Source: Blepharisma stoltei ATCC 30299 (taxonomy: Eukaryota > Protista > Ciliophora). Taken from it: 64,000 nt of DNA. The translations under genes were made by a program, and so were the position numbers. The stretch is taken from assembly GCA_965603825.1 (NCBI GenBank), contig CBFDEM010000018.1, forward strand, positions 310,001 to 374,000, in the 5' to 3' direction. The notes under the pieces were generated by a model. It ran no database searches and was not told the origin of the DNA. It saw only the letters and a list, made by a program, of their open reading frames with translations. Positions 10,758 to 25,394 of the stretch are shown here, one piece after another; position 1 is the first letter of the stretch, and each line of letters begins with the position of its first letter.

Positions 10758-13700
10758 TTAAGCCTTATTCCATGCAGTTAAAGCTACTCCTCTTTGGTAC
10801 CACATGCTTTCACTTCCTTCTCCTCCTGAAAGCTTGACTGACATGATGATCTTATTTCTCAAGTTATTGAGATATACAGGCAGAGGAATCAAATTTTCTC
10901 CTCTGGGCTTATTCTTAACCCAACGCAGAACACAGCTTGGGATGGCATGTGAAAGTTCTGGTGTTAATTGTAAAGCATCATTTTCCCAACAAGCGCTTTC
11001 TAGCTTGAGCCCAGTCATAATAAATCCATCATCATCACTTCCATGCAACTGTCCACCGACTTCAAGCTCAATTGATAATTCATCCAAAGACCACATATGC
11101 TTCTGACTTGTAGCTTGGCGAGTGGCAGTCATAAATGCTTCTGGGAAGAAAAATCCTCCAAACCAGACCCCTTTTCTTCCATAATCATTTGAGGCAGCCA
11201 AGCCACTTAGTTGGTCAAGTCTTGCTTTGAAGTCTAAAAGCCACTCTGTGACTGTTATAGGCGCAATTGGGTATCTTCTCCACTTCTTAGGAATTATGTC
11301 AGCATGCAAGTCTTGTGCAATCAACCTGATAGGATTTGTGAATTTTTGGGTGCCGGCAGTCATTTCTTTAAGCTGGAATAAGTCACTTCTTACCTCGCTG
11401 AGAAGAAGTGAGCCAACTTGGATTTCTCTTTCTAAAAACCTGAAGAGTGGGTTTGTGATTGATAAAGCAGTTCTATGAAGGGTAGGGAGTTGAGCTGGGA
11501 GAAGATCTATTAATTGACCAACACGCTGATTTAGTGCGACAAGCCAAGCACTTTTAGTTTCTTCTGCTTTTTCGCTGTATGCTAATTCATCATCTCCAGT
11601 GCCTTGGATGGACACAAGCTTCCCTACAGCTGTAATTGCTTCTTGGCTTTTGAGTAGCTTTTCTGCATTGCTTGGCAAGCCAGCCCACTCAGGACTTTCT
11701 ACATCTGGTAGATTATGAATCCAGTCTAAGAATTGGCTATAAGTTCTAGCTTCAGGAATCTTTAACGGATTTTCACCTCTAAACAGCTGGAATTCTGGTC
11801 CAAAGCTTTCTTCTCTGAAGAGTTCATTTACAAAGGATGATAAAATTTTATCATCAAATTCATTATCAACTCTGCCTCCATATAAAGATTTCGATATAGT
11901 TGCTCTAATAGCGTCCCAAGGTATCTTTTCAGGTGGAATATTAGCACGATTCTGAGAAATATTGTCAATCCATTGATCAATTGCATCAAGTGTGCAACGC
12001 TGGTCAGCTTCACCAAACTCATAAGCTTTAGTCCAACCTATAGGTGTATATCTAAGCCTTTCTCCTAATACTGCATGGAACCAAGAAAGCAAAAAGTGGA
12101 GTCTTGACCTTTCCGCAGGCGATTTATCAGTTCTTTCTGGACTTAAAACAGTCTTAAAAGTTCTTATCATTGAGGCTTTAATTCCGGCTGGCGGCTCAAA
12201 CACAAAAGTATTTGAAATTCTTAATAAGGTGCTTGGGACTTTTGGATGGATTTCCATGGTCAGGAAAAGTCTGAAATTTTCATGAGGCTGGAGCCTATGT
12301 AGCTTCTTTTCTAAATCAACAAGCCAAGATGGAGCAAGATGGACATTTTTAAGAAGAACCCAAGTGCCAGCTTTGCTAGCTGAATTAATTGCTTTTTCGG
12401 CTAACTCAAATCCTTCAGATGAACCGATAGCTACAGAGGTGCAGCGCTTGTTAAGATCTTTTACAAGTTTATCGACCTTTTGTGAAGGATCAAACCCAGG
12501 AGCAGCACACAATAACAAAGGAGATTTAGGTATGCTTTCTTCTAAGACAACTTTTCCGAGATCATTTGAAGTACTTTCAAGCAGTTCTTCGCCTAGTACA
12601 AATCCAATAAGTTTCCTTGTTACTGTAAATAGTCTATCAGGTCTAAAAATCTTCAAAATTGTCATATCAACAATCATTTCAGCTATTTTTGCTGTGCTTT
12701 CGTTATATCTTGGATTTACATGAGCCCAACCACTTGGGATGCATTTTTCAGGATATGCTGACTCAAACATATCAAGCCATTGAGACTTGTATTGAATTAA
12801 GCTTCTTGGCAAGTCTTGGTATAACTCTTTCTGTGCAAGTCCTACTATTTCTTTAGCTTGAGTTCCTGCTATTTTTCCATCCAAAAATGAATGCGCAGAA
12901 GTATCGTGATAATGCTGGTTTCCTCTCATAAAGAGATCTAATTCTTCTTCGCATAGGCTGACTAAATGAATCTGCAGCAGTCTTAATGCAAATACAAGCT
13001 TATCGCTTTCCAATAAACCTCTGCTGACAGATCCATAAAGTTTTATGTAGATTTTCTTCGTTATCATATCAAGACGGACAAATGGATCAGTCCTAGGGAC
13101 TTTTTGAAGATCTTGATCCTTATTCAAAACATCAAATATTGCCATCATGAAGAAGCTTAAGCTGAAATGATATAAGAAATGGACATTGCTTAAACTTTCT
13201 ATTGCGAAGTAAATCCTACTTGAAGCAATTGCTAAAGGCAAGTATTTGTTAGTGACTTCTATAACTTCCTGCATAATTTCTTCTGTCTGTGCAGCTTCTT
13301 TGCTGACAACCTCAGCTTCTTTTTTAAGGTTTTCTAAAGTGCTCATAATGTGATCATCATCAAGAATATTCCCTCTGACATCATTCAATGCTTGAAGCAG
13401 TTTTTCTTCTAGTTCTCTGATTCTTACTTTATATTCTCCTTGCAAATTAAGCAAATCAGTTCTTTTCTTGTCAATTTCAGGTCTTTCATTTTTCAAGAAA
13501 ATATTCAAGCATTGGTCTTGTAGTGAGCTCATTGTGACAGTGAAGTTTACGAACGTGACTCTTGAACAAAGATCTGGTGTAAATGTAGCATTTGGATTAC
13601 GAGTAACCATGAACATATTGAAGCTCAGCGAGAAATCAATTTCTAAGTCTCCAACTCTGATCAAGATTCTTCCACCTGTCTTATAAATTTCTTTGTTAAG

Positions 13701-16700
13701 CACTGAGTTCAAAACTGGGTCAATTTTTTCGACATCTTCTATAAGCAATGGGCAACCAAATCTTAAAGCACTTTCCAGGTTTTTCATAAAAGCATCATCA
13801 GCGAAACTGATTTTTACGATTTTTTTGTCAGCATAATAAGACATCAAAAATTCTATAGCTTGGCCTGATGGGTCAATAATAAGAGGATACCTATTAAACC
13901 TTTGCAAAATGATAGCATTTTCCACACATAAATCATCTTCTGGTAAGTAATGGGATTTCCACAAAAGCCTTTCGCTTGGTTTTGATAAAAATTCTACAAA
14001 GCTCATATCAGCTCTATATTTAATGCCTTGCTGCTCCACAAAATCTTTCCAGTTGGTAATCAATGTATGCCTATAGAAGTGGTCAAAGAAGCCAATATAT
14101 GCTAAAAATGCTCCTGATAGTAGAACATCTCCAATCATTGTTGACATTTGGGTTTGGAAAGCAGTTGACGTATTTTCCCACCTATCTCTTTCTGACGACA
14201 AGTTATAAATAAGATTCTTCGACCTTGCTACTTTCTCTTGTACCACAGTCATTTCATTTTTGATTTTCTGGACCTCCGCAATCAGAGCTGCATAGTCATT
14301 TTTATATTGCTCAATATTTTTTTCTAAATCTTGGATTGTTTTCAGCAGGAAATCGTATTGGTCTTTTAATTCATTTCCTTGTTTTTCAAGCTCTCTGACT
14401 TCTGATCTTAAAGGTTCTACTCTATCTAAAATGTCGGCATATTGGACTTGTGACTCAACCCATTTAGCCATTGGCCCTGCGGCTTGGGAAGCTCTGAAAA
14501 TTCTTTCGATGTCCCATTCTTTGGTTTCTATGATATTTTTAGAAATTCTTTTGGCGATGGCAGGGTTTAGATTTTCAGTCTTGAAGTTGATGATTGAAGG
14601 GATAAAATCGTCTTTTTTCATGATACCCTTAATTTCATTCCATTCAATTGTTCGGAAAGTGTTGGTGATAAGGATAATTGTGGCTTCAAGTGTTGCTTTT
14701 ACCAGAGCTGGAGGACTACCAAGCACTCTTAGTTCATCTAAGAATTTCTTTTTGATCCCTTTAACTGCGTTTTGGGCTTCAATTAAAGCAGGTTCAGCTC
14801 TTGATAAATCGTTATTGACTACTTCTTGGCGTTCTCTGATTTCTTTATCTTTGACTTCTAGTTCTCTAGTCATCAGAATTGAAGCTTCTCTTTTTTGTTC
14901 AGCCTGCTTTTGTTCATTGACCATAAGTTTAAGTTTATCATTAGCTTGTTGTTCTTTTGCAGCTAACTCTTTGGTGCTTTCAGCCAAAGATGACTGCAGC
15001 TTCTTCACTTCTTCTTCTGTTTGTCGGAGCTTATCAAGACCAATATTTAAATGGAGCTGTTGTTCTTCAAGCTCGCTTTTCTTTTCTGTATAAAGGTTGA
15101 CGAAATGTTTAATGAAATCAAGTAGATCTCTTGGGGTGATAAAGTTGTGCTTCTTAGCTGATTTTGCTAGTTTTGTATTTGTGGTGACGACTGAGTTGTG
15201 GATGTTTACTATAGAGTTTACAATGGCTTCATGTCGGAGGTCTGGGTCTTCTTGTTGGGCTGCATGATTGAATGATGATGGCAGGAGATCCATTTTGTGG
15301 GTGAACTCATTAGCTACTTGGAATAAGGCTTCTTGTGGCCAGTTACCAAACCAATCGATCACACATCTGTTAAACAGTGCAGGAGAGCTTGCAGTTCTGT
15401 TCGAGAAGTCAGGGTTTGCAGGGTTCATGGTAAATACAACGTGCAAGTTTCTCTGGACATTGAAAATAAAGTTTCTATATAATTCTTCTTCTGTGTCCAT
15501 TATTTTCCCTTCTCTTTGTGCTGATTCTTTGCATTGGTTCATCAGTGACATGTACTCTTCTCCGTCAAATAGACCTGGGACTTCACCACTTGCTAGCAAG
15601 GCGTTCATTCTTTCTAAGAAAGCTGTGCTCAGTACATTGGACTCATCAAAAATAAAGCAAATTCTTTCTCCTTTGCAGCCAGCTCTTTTCATGACACCTC
15701 TTAAATCGTCATCAAAGTCTTCAACTGAGTAATTCCTTCCTGCCTTGATTTGAAACACAGACAAGTTATTCATCCATGAGACAAATCTTGAAAGCGTCGT
15801 CTTGCCTGTTCCTGAGGCACCAACTAGCAAAAGGTGGCCAAGTGGCTGTCTGAGCACTCTGTCAATTCTGCAAATATGGTCTAGCACACTGTCAAAGACA
15901 ACCAGTGGGACATCAAGCTCTTCTTCATAGAAAGTTTTGAGTCTTGCAAGAATATGCTTTCTGAGCTCTTCTCTTTCGACTGAAATATAATGCTTAGTCA
16001 AATAGCTTGAGAACAAAATAGGTCTTTCGAGTGCAGCAGGATTTACATTAGGGAAGTATGCTAAAGCAACCTCGTTTATGTTAGTGTCACACCATTCTTT
16101 TTCGGATGGCTGGACCATTCTGTCTTGGAAAAGTCTTAACCCTTCGTGGACGTAGAGTCTGACTAAATCTTCAATAGTCTCTATAGGCTCTAATGCTTCA
16201 AATATAGCATATTTCCAACGAGTAAGCTCTCTTGGACTGTATATATAATGAGGCTGAATTTCTGCAGTAAATGTGTCTTGAGATCTCATATAGAATTCTA
16301 CCATAGCTTCAGTCAATGGTCCAGCGTGTGCTCTAAGTGATGGCACTCTCTTAAGCATTGCTCTATTAAAAGTCCCATAAATCTGCAGCAGACTTTCTCT
16401 TCCAGGGAAATCTACAAAAATAAGTGGCGTATGTCTTAAAAATCTTAGTGACAATGGATGCCTTCCTGCATCTGTAGGTGGGTTGCAAGCTCCTACAAAC
16501 TGCATTCTTTCTAGAGTAACCCATTGTTTATCCTGAGGTCTCCAAAATCCATTTTGCTCTGTTAACTGCCTTAAAAAGGTGATAATGGCTTGAGTTCCAT
16601 ATTTGTCTTCATCTGGCAAGTTGATCTCATCACAGAAGACTACAAGCCATTTATTAGGCTGATGAGGTCTTAAAATAACGCCATTAGGAGTTCGTGAGTA

Positions 16701-19700
16701 TTCGCAATAATGGTCAAATGCTTTAAGTATCAAAGATGGGGTAGTTGAACTGGAAAAGTTCACAAAAATCATTTCAAAGTCAGGAAGAGCTTTTAGGGTT
16801 GCCATAAGGGTCATAGTTTTACCAGATCCAGGAGGTCCACAGAGCAAGAAAGGTCGATGCTCGCTGAGCCATGAGCAAAGGACTTCTTGGTGTCTGAGGG
16901 TGTCAATAGTTGTAATAACGACATCAGCGTCCACAACTCTATGGGTGTCGATCTCCATACTTGGCACTTTTTTCTTCCATAAGCTCCAGGTTTGGTCTTC
17001 AATTCTTACTTCATAATCCAATAATGGCGATCCAGTAGCAGGAGGCATGTCGAAATCAGCTTGTTCTAGCACAAACATTGAGAACTTCTCTCTTTCTCTC
17101 AAATTAAGTGACCCTCCGACGCCCCACATGACGCACATTGCAAGCCATTTAGTCATATATCCTTCCACCTGGCTCAAACTTAATGGGAAATCTTGATGGC
17201 CTTCATTATACTCAATTACATTGCTTATTCCTTTTCTCACCAATGCAAACATAGACTCCAGTACTCTGATCCTTGTGAATTCCATAATATGTGGCCTTGC
17301 TTCAGCATATTGAATGCACCTGGTTACAAAGCATTCATCGCCTTGGAAATATTTTTTAACCCCATTTACACAATCTTTCCTTATTTGGGTAAGTGGTGTT
17401 TCTTTTTCTTCATCAGTGATTTTTTCGTCGAAGTTTTCTTGGGCAAGCCTACACATGAAATGGTGGTAAATCATGTCAATCGAAACTGTTTCAGCGCTGA
17501 ACCATACCATACCGCATCTACTGACAGTAGCTAAAGTTGCGTATTTTAAGGTCTCGACTTCAAACATAATTTTTACGTTTGGAGGGATAAGAAGTCTTTC
17601 ACCGTTTGGTAAGGTGAGAAGCTTGTTGTCGTCGAGGACGGAGTTCAAGTTTTCTGCCCACTCTGGGTCGACGTCACCGTCAAAAATGATCCAATGGCGC
17701 TTGTTGCTTTCTCCACGGACGTTGTCGAGGATTTTTCTTAACACGTGGGTAAAGACACCATCTGTCCATTCAAGAGTTGTTGAGTCTAATCTGCCGTATA
17801 GCTCATCTTTTATGATGGCTTTGGGATCGATGATGTAAGATTCTCCTTTTCTTTCGTCAATAAGTGAGGATGCTTCTAGGAGAAGTCTCCAGGCTGCGCT
17901 TTTACCGGAGCCACTTGGCCCAACCATCATAACACCGTGGTGGATTCTTAAAATTTGGTTGAGTTGTAGCACTTTTTCAATGAAAGCTGGCTCAGGGATT
18001 AAGTTGTGTTTTTTGCACAGCTTTTTCAGGTTTTCTCTAAGAGCTTCTTCTTGGATTTGAAGAATATCAGCACCAGGAATGACACCAGAAAGTAAAGAAG
18101 AAAGAAGCGGCACATCTTCAGCAATAAGTTTAGGCACCACAGTATCACAGACCGATCTCAACAAAATATTTTGTTCCCAAAGTTCTAATGACTCTCCTTC
18201 TTGTTTCTCCGCTCTTTTTATATTTCCAGCGGTCACAAGGACACTTTTAAGTGCTCTCAGTCCAAAATCATAATGTGGCTGATTAGATAGCTGATCATTA
18301 CACAAATCAAATAGCGACACAATTTTACCAGAAAGTCTTTCAGCTGTTTGGAAACCCTGAGAATAAAGCATGACTTGTGCAATAAGTTCTTTATCTGGCT
18401 TAACCATAGCAATTTGTCTGAAAAGCTGCTTCAAGTTGTCAGGAAGGTTGGATCTTCCAGCATATCCAGGGTTCATTGTAACGAAAATTCCGACATCAGG
18501 CTTGAGCTTAACTTCTTTTCCTAGTAGCTCAATCTTATTAAGTAGCTCCATAAGACCAGTTTGAATGACCAAGATTTGTTGAGAAACTGCAGACAGCATT
18601 CTTTCTTCTAAACGATTGAACTCATCAAAACAACCCCAAGCACCGACCTGGCAAAGCCCGACAAAGATTCTTCCCATTGCTTGGAAGTCAAAGGTTTCAT
18701 CACAGTTAAAGACCAACACAAATCTTCCAATTTGAGCTCCTAATGCTTTGACAGACTCAGTTTTACCAGTTCCTGCAGGTCCGAATGGGTTTCCTCCCAA
18801 TCTCATATGCAAAGCTTGAGTCAGTGTCAAATAGCAACGGTCAGTCAAAGGAGTCTGCACTAATTTATCTCCAACCCCTAAATACTCAAAGCCATAATAG
18901 AAATGCCCATTTGACATTTCAATATTAAGTTTCTTCAATGGGTCTGATTCCTTCGGATACCAGTAAAATCTCATATGAATAAGCCAATTGAAATCTCTTG
19001 TCGACTCAATCCCTAAAGATATCAGACTTCTAGTTACATCTCTTTGATGGACAAGATCTGTAATAAGTTGCTCATATTTTTTCCTGATCTGTGGGGCAAG
19101 GTTGCTTAAGACTTCTCTGGCAAGCGCCATAAGCATGCTTACTGTATATTCCTCAACAGTTCCTAATGATTTTGTAGGGATATTTGCTTCAATTCTGTGG
19201 GACCAGTCTACTTGTGAAGCAAGAAGCATAATTTGTGCAGGGAAAATGCTGGCGACTTCTAAGAAACTTTCATTGGATGCAATTCTTGTGACGCATTGTT
19301 CTAAATTATAAGCAAGACTATCTCTCATTTGGTTTTCTACTTTGCTGAGTCAGGCATATATAGCAGGATCGTCACTGATTTTTACAGGATTTGGGTAATT
19401 CACCCTTTCGTCTTCTCTGGAAACCATAGCTACCAATGTATCATTATCAGGGGAAACCAAAGTTGAAATTCCAGCAAACATCTTGGTAAAGTGTCTTTGG
19501 ACATTAACCACATCTCTGCTATTACCAATGATTTCTAACAAATCTTCATCTCCTACAAAGTAGAAACGAGCAAATGCTTGTCTTTGGGTTTCCAAGTAGT
19601 CTCCTAGCGCTTTTTGGATCTTTGCTAGCAGCTCGCTGAGTCTTTCTAATGTTTTTTGAATTCCAGGGACTGCCATTACATCAAGAATTAATGGCTTTGC

Positions 19701-22700
19701 ACTGACTTTTCTCATTAAAGAGGTAAATTCACTATCAATGCTTTTGAATTTGGCAAATTCAGTAGGAAGTTGCTGCTTGATATCAGCAGATCCAAAGAAA
19801 ATCCCTTCAAGATAAACCCACCTTCTTTGTACATCAATCCATATGTCAAAGACTACACGGATTTTTTGGAGCTTGTCGTCCCATGGGGCGACTTCTTCTT
19901 CAAAGACTTTATAATGTGGTGACATTTTCATAGAGGTTAAAGAGTTGATATGTTCGTCAAGCTTCCCGAATAAATCATCCCAACCTTTTATAAGTCTGCA
20001 CTTATTTTGATAATTCACGAGGTCTAATAAGAAATTGGTCCAGTATTCTCTGACACCCTTTAAGAATTCTTCTAACGCCATTTCTCCAGCTGCTTGTGAA
20101 AGAATTTCATTGATATACTTTTCATGCTTCAATGGGTCTGCATCCCAAATATTCCCAAGTGTCATTTCACTAATCCCGCCTTGTCTGAGCTTAAGCCTCT
20201 GGTTTAGGTTTTTCCAATGCCTTTCTTTTAATGCTTCTGATTTTAGCTCAGAAATGATCTTATTGGATTTCATAAGCTTGCTGAGCTTGGTTTTCATCGC
20301 ATCGAATGCTTCATATTGTCTCAATCTGTTTGGTAGAGCATTTAAGTCTTCAATGGCTTTTTCTAAAGTGCCTCTTATCTTCTTAGACACGATTGCGCTC
20401 CATGGAGTGTCTCTTAAAGCTTCAACAGAGCTCCATACTCTTGAAAGCTCAGTCCATACCTCTTTAAGTCCTTTCAGCTCTTCTTCTAGCGGCGTAAGTC
20501 TTTCTGGGTCAGGCACTTCCATATCTAAAACTTCTTTTGCTTTGCAGATTTTGACGTATTGTTCAGCCACTCTTTTCACTTTGGTGTCTAATGCTCCAAT
20601 AGCTTCAATGGCTTGTTGTGGAGATTGCTCGCCTCCGTAAGGTTTTTGGTTTTTCCAAGCGTCTTCTAATTCTTTGATCTTGTCCATGACCATTTTTTCT
20701 TCATTGTTAATCTTGGCTCGTAGGGTTGGGATTTCAGCTTCCATTGCTTGGCTCTTTTTGGTAAGGATTTGTCTGAATGAAGACCAGTCTCCTTCTAGCT
20801 GCTCAATCCAAAGCCAGTCTGATGGGAAATGGAACCTTTGTCGCTCAAGTAGACGTTGGGCAGTTCTATATTTGTTCATTTCACCGTCCCAAGCTTCTAA
20901 GTTTTTCTTGACATCCTGGATTTCTGTTATAAATAAGGTGACATCAGATGAAGCTGAATCCAATGACTGTTTTTCGAGCTGGATTCTTGCAGAAGTGATA
21001 GTGGAATTGAAGCTTCTCATAGTTTCGCCAAGCTTAGTCCCAAATCTTGTTAAGATTTCTTTATGCCATTGGTCATATTTATGGTTGACTTTTGTTTGGA
21101 CTGCCTTATAATCAATCACAATTGGCCCAAAATGGATTTCAGTTTCTGAGTTATCAAAGGTGATTCTATTTTGCTTAATTTCTTCCAACAATTGTTGCCA
21201 AAGCTCAATGCTGTCTCCAAGTTCTTTATAGACATCAGAAGCTTGAGTATCCCAAAGTGCTTGATAACCTAGCCAAGTTTTGACATAGTCTTCAGTTTGT
21301 TTTAGAATTACTTCAAGAGTATCATAAGCTTGTACAATATCTTCCATTAGCCCAGCTAAAATTCCTGTATAGTCTCTTTTAGTGTATTGTTCAAGAATTT
21401 CGTACTCAGTTGCTTCTATTCTGTTCAAGCCACAAATGATATAAAATTGCCTATGCAATAAAGTGCTCCAAAAGGCTCTTGCTTCTTCTAAAGGAGGATC
21501 TAAAAATAGAGTTTGGTCTTTCAGCTTAATTTCGTGAACTGTGTTACAGTTTATATAGAGCGCGTCTTTTTTCAGCTCATCCCAGCGCTGGAATTCTTTT
21601 ATCCAAGTTCTAATCAGCTCAGAAACTCTTTTCTTTAGCACTTCTTCGATTTTTTTATCAAGCTCTTCTACCCAGATTTCAAGATTTGATAAGTCAAGCA
21701 AGCTGAGGTCGTCAATTACTCTTTGAATTTTATTCATTTTTTCTGTGAAGTTTTCGACGGTTATGGCGCAGGTTTCCATATTTTCAAGCTCATGTTGGAT
21801 TTGGTTGTTTTTCTCTAATAGGTCTATGACTTTTTCTTCAAATTTAATTACCTTCTCCATAAGCTTTTTTACATAGTTATCAAGCCTAGTTTCTGAGTTC
21901 CACATAAGTGAGGTTCCTTCTAAGAAAATTTTTTGGATCTCTGACTTGTTTTCGGCTACTAATTTTTCAATTTGGACGTCAATTTTTATGCAAGTCTGCT
22001 GATAAGTTCTGAGAGCTTCTTGAAGACTTGTGGAGTACGGATAATAAGTTTTAATATCATCTGCTTTAATTTTCATTGCAATTAGACCTTTAAACCCTAG
22101 CCAGCTTAGCGCTCTGACTTCTTTAAACAAATTGATGACCTGTTCATCAAAATTCACGACAAGTTCTAAATATTCTTTTCCATTGGGGTCTCTTTTTTGC
22201 ACAACGTCAAATATTTTATCAGAAAAATCAAAAGTGGCACTATAAGCCATCATATCCTCAATCCACTTTTCTACCTGCTTCTGGGTGCTTAATTTTCTTG
22301 CAAAAGCGTCTCCAATCTCTTTTAACTTTTTGCCTTCAGGATGCGCTTCCCACGTGTTTCCTAGCACATCTTCAACTCTTTTCATATAGATCTGCAGCTT
22401 TCTTTCTATCTGCTTAGCCCATATAATGGCTCCAGACACCTCAGGGAAGTCTCTTACTTTGCTTACCAAAGCTGCTTCAGTGTTAGAATAATGCTTCTTG
22501 AATTTTTCTTGCAAAATTTGTATATCACTCCTCACTTGAGTGATCAGCTGAGTTTGGTATTCCTGGATAGCTCCTCTTATTCTTGGTCTGAAGAAAAGCG
22601 CATTAAACTTGCTAAAAACTCTGAACATCTCATTAGCTGATTTTGCACTCCCTAGCCTGTCTCTAAGTTTAGCTGTAATTTGGCTTTCTACCCTGTCTAT

Positions 22701-24248
22701 TTTCTGTTCGTATTGTTTTTTGGCAGCTTCCCAAATTTCAGTACCTTCTTTGCTTAAATCTAATATATCGAAGCTGGTGAAGTGGTTATAAGCCAAATTG
22801 ATTTCTTTTAAGGCCATGATTTCGCCTTGTTGTCTGTCCTCACCGAAAACTCTTGTAATCACATTTTTCAGCTCTTCATGATTTTTTCTAAAAGTGATTA
22901 AGTCATTGATTCTTGCTTCTAAATTGGAATGCTCAAATGACTTTTTAGGCAGAAGCCTTTCATTTCCTCCTTTTCTGCGTGCTTGACTTCTGATAATTTC
23001 TTTAAAAAGTTTATAATTTTCTTCCCAAGTTGTAAAAATAGTTTGGGATTGCTTCATAATTTTAGAAAACTCGTCCCATTCCAAGGCCATTAGGCGATCT
23101 CTATGAAGGATTCTCATAAGCTGAAAGGCCATATCTTTGGAGACTAAATCAATTATCTGTTGAGCTTTAATGAGAGGATATGAATCATTGTGTTTAAGCT
23201 TTTTCATGTGCGTAAATATAGCGTCGATTGATTCACTTATGCTTTCAATGCTGTCTGCTGATAATAGCTTTTGGGCTGGGAAATCTTTCATCAAGATATT
23301 TGCGGTTGTGCAGATGCTTAATGCGTGGTCTAGCCCTGTGTCAGTATGAAATGACATCATAGTGTGGATTCTTTTCGCTTGTTTTAAAAGATCTAATGTT
23401 ATAGTGACTTCAGGAAGCTTTAATTGGTTGTCAATGTGATTAAGTGCTCTTGTTAAGCATTCCCAGAAATTTACCTCATGCAAGATACTGGGTGCTAGAT
23501 TGTCCTTAGTTGAGAGCCTTGTAACTTTTCTAATTTCATGAATCCATTTATCTACACATTGAGTCAGGTTTGACAAAAACTCTTTGTCACTCATCAAGCT
23601 TTCAAACATCTCTACTGTCAGTCTGGAATTGAGCAACTTCGCTCTTGAAGCTTTTTCTTTGACTTCAGGATCAATCACCAAAATAACCTCAGGGATTTCT
23701 ACGTTTTGCTGACATTGCATCAAAGCAAGCATTGTTTCTGAAATTTTCTTTTGAACTGCTGCAAGTCCGACCTTTGTTTCCATTTTGTTGTCTTCTTCAT
23801 GAGAAACATTTTGACCACCTTTAAAGGAGTTGAATAGAGGTGCAAATGAAGCTTGCAAATAGGTGTGAAGGAGTTCAAAAGGAGTGCTATCTGGGCTTAT
23901 ATAGCTTAAATTCACCACCTGTAATTGAGGTCCCAGAGGTGCATCTTCAAGCATTCCTTGTGCTTCACGCTTAACAAGTGCTAACATTGCATAGGTCGGC
24001 CCTTTATATTCAACCTGTAGACTCAAAGTGACATCTTCGTCAGATTTGGTAATGATCAGAGCTTTATTCTGAGCTTCAGCTACAAATAAGCTGAGAAGCT
24101 CTTGCGATGAACTGGCATGAAGCACTGAATACATTCTATCATCATCGAGGTCTAGGATAGGGCATGCTACACGCATGATAAAATCACAAACTTTCTCTGC
24201 TGGAATAGAGCGGCGCTCACTACTTTCTTCCTGAAAACTTTCAGCCAT
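10758..24248 (-). CDS. DYNC1H1: Cytoplasmic dynein 1 heavy chain, about 4496 aa, no intron needed
   Basis: ORFs 19350..24260 and 10758..19328 are in the same frame, joined by a single TGA (IYA-W-LSKVENQMR, a conserved Trp). P-loops GPAGTGKT, GPSGSGKS, GPPGSGKT, GASGTGKT; cytoplasmic-type tail. Confidence 0.96.
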
Positions 24249-24501
24249 TTTATACACCAATGTTACTTATCGATATATGAGAGCATTTATATAAATTAGG
24301 AAAAGATTTTCCTTTATAATAGCTTTTCTATTAAAAAAATAAGATTATATTAACTAAAATTTAATAGTTTAATATTACCAATATATTAAATTTAATATTT
24401 TTTTCTACTTATTCTTTTTCCTAAACAATTCATATCTTTCCTGCTTCAATTATAAATAATAATTCAAATATTTCAATTTTATATCCAGCTTCTCAGTATA
24501 A

Positions 24502-25131
24502 ATGGAATCGCAAAATCAAAATTCTTTTGCGTCCTTAAATAACCATAATCATGCTGAGCCTACTGATGAAGAAGAAAAATACAGCAACGGAATTAGCCAT
24601 AATCACACCATGCATAGCAATGGATTTCATGAGCATCCAGAATCAGCTCCACGAGAAGAGTTGAAAGTGTCAATACCTTCCAGAGCACAGCCTAAGCCTC
24701 CGAAATCTTCAAAATCCAAAAAATTCGATATTTCTGACTTAAAAAAAGATCCAGAAATGTATCAAAAGATACTAGATGAAGCAATACGCATTGAAAAAAA
24801 TAATAACAAATCCTCGATCTATGAGCTTGATTTTCAAATTCAATATCCTACTGCTTTCGGTGAAAAAATACTAATAACAGGAAGCTCAGAGATTTTAGGG
24901 AATTGGGATGTGTCAAGTGCCTTAGAACTTGAATGAAGCCCAGGAAATATATGAAAAATTTCACTTCCGATCCCAGAAGGACAGTTATCTGATTTTGAGT
25001 ATAAATACGTTTGCGTTAAAGGAGCCGACGCTGTTTGGGAAGGAGGAAGCAACAGAGTTTTAAAGCTCTCTGATGGTAAGCCAAAAGGAGAAAGCTTGAT
25101 TTTTAATAGACACGATGCATGGCAAAAATAA
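24502..25131 (+). CDS. CBM20 (starch/glycogen-binding) domain protein
   Basis: TAFGEKILITGSSEILGNW...LE-W-SPGNI-W...FEYKYV...WEGGSNR; TGAs at 24934 and 24952 fall at conserved CBM20 Trp positions; TAA at 25129. Confidence 0.88.
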
Positions 25132-25394
25132 ATGAATTTTAATTTTGATAGTTTTTATATCAAATTAAGCTATATACCAATATTAAAATAAAATTTAAAA
25201 TGACAAAAAAGTAAAGAAGGACTTATATGAAATGCTGCAAGAATGCTATTATTTTATCAATAAAATAAATGTTTAAAACTTAAAAGATTATCATGGGTTT
25301 TCCTGTATATTATAGCAATGATTAGTCACAGAGAATCAATTTCATACTATATTTTATATAATTTAAGCAATATATGCTAAATTAACTTATTCCA

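Noticed and set aside
19328-19352. Split dynein (separate tail and motor genes)
   Set aside because: Same frame, separated by one TGA at a conserved Trp; it is a single gene.
10804-22791. Numerous plus-strand ORFs of 60-220 aa antisense to dynein (similar ones lie opposite the DUF4378, His-rich and PEPCK genes)
   Set aside because: Ser/Leu/Phe-rich shadows of the sense-strand codon bias; many start at TTG/GTG; no domains.
25328-25337. ACAGAGA box suggestive of U6 snRNA
   Set aside because: The flanks lack the AGATTAGC and internal stem-loop of U6.
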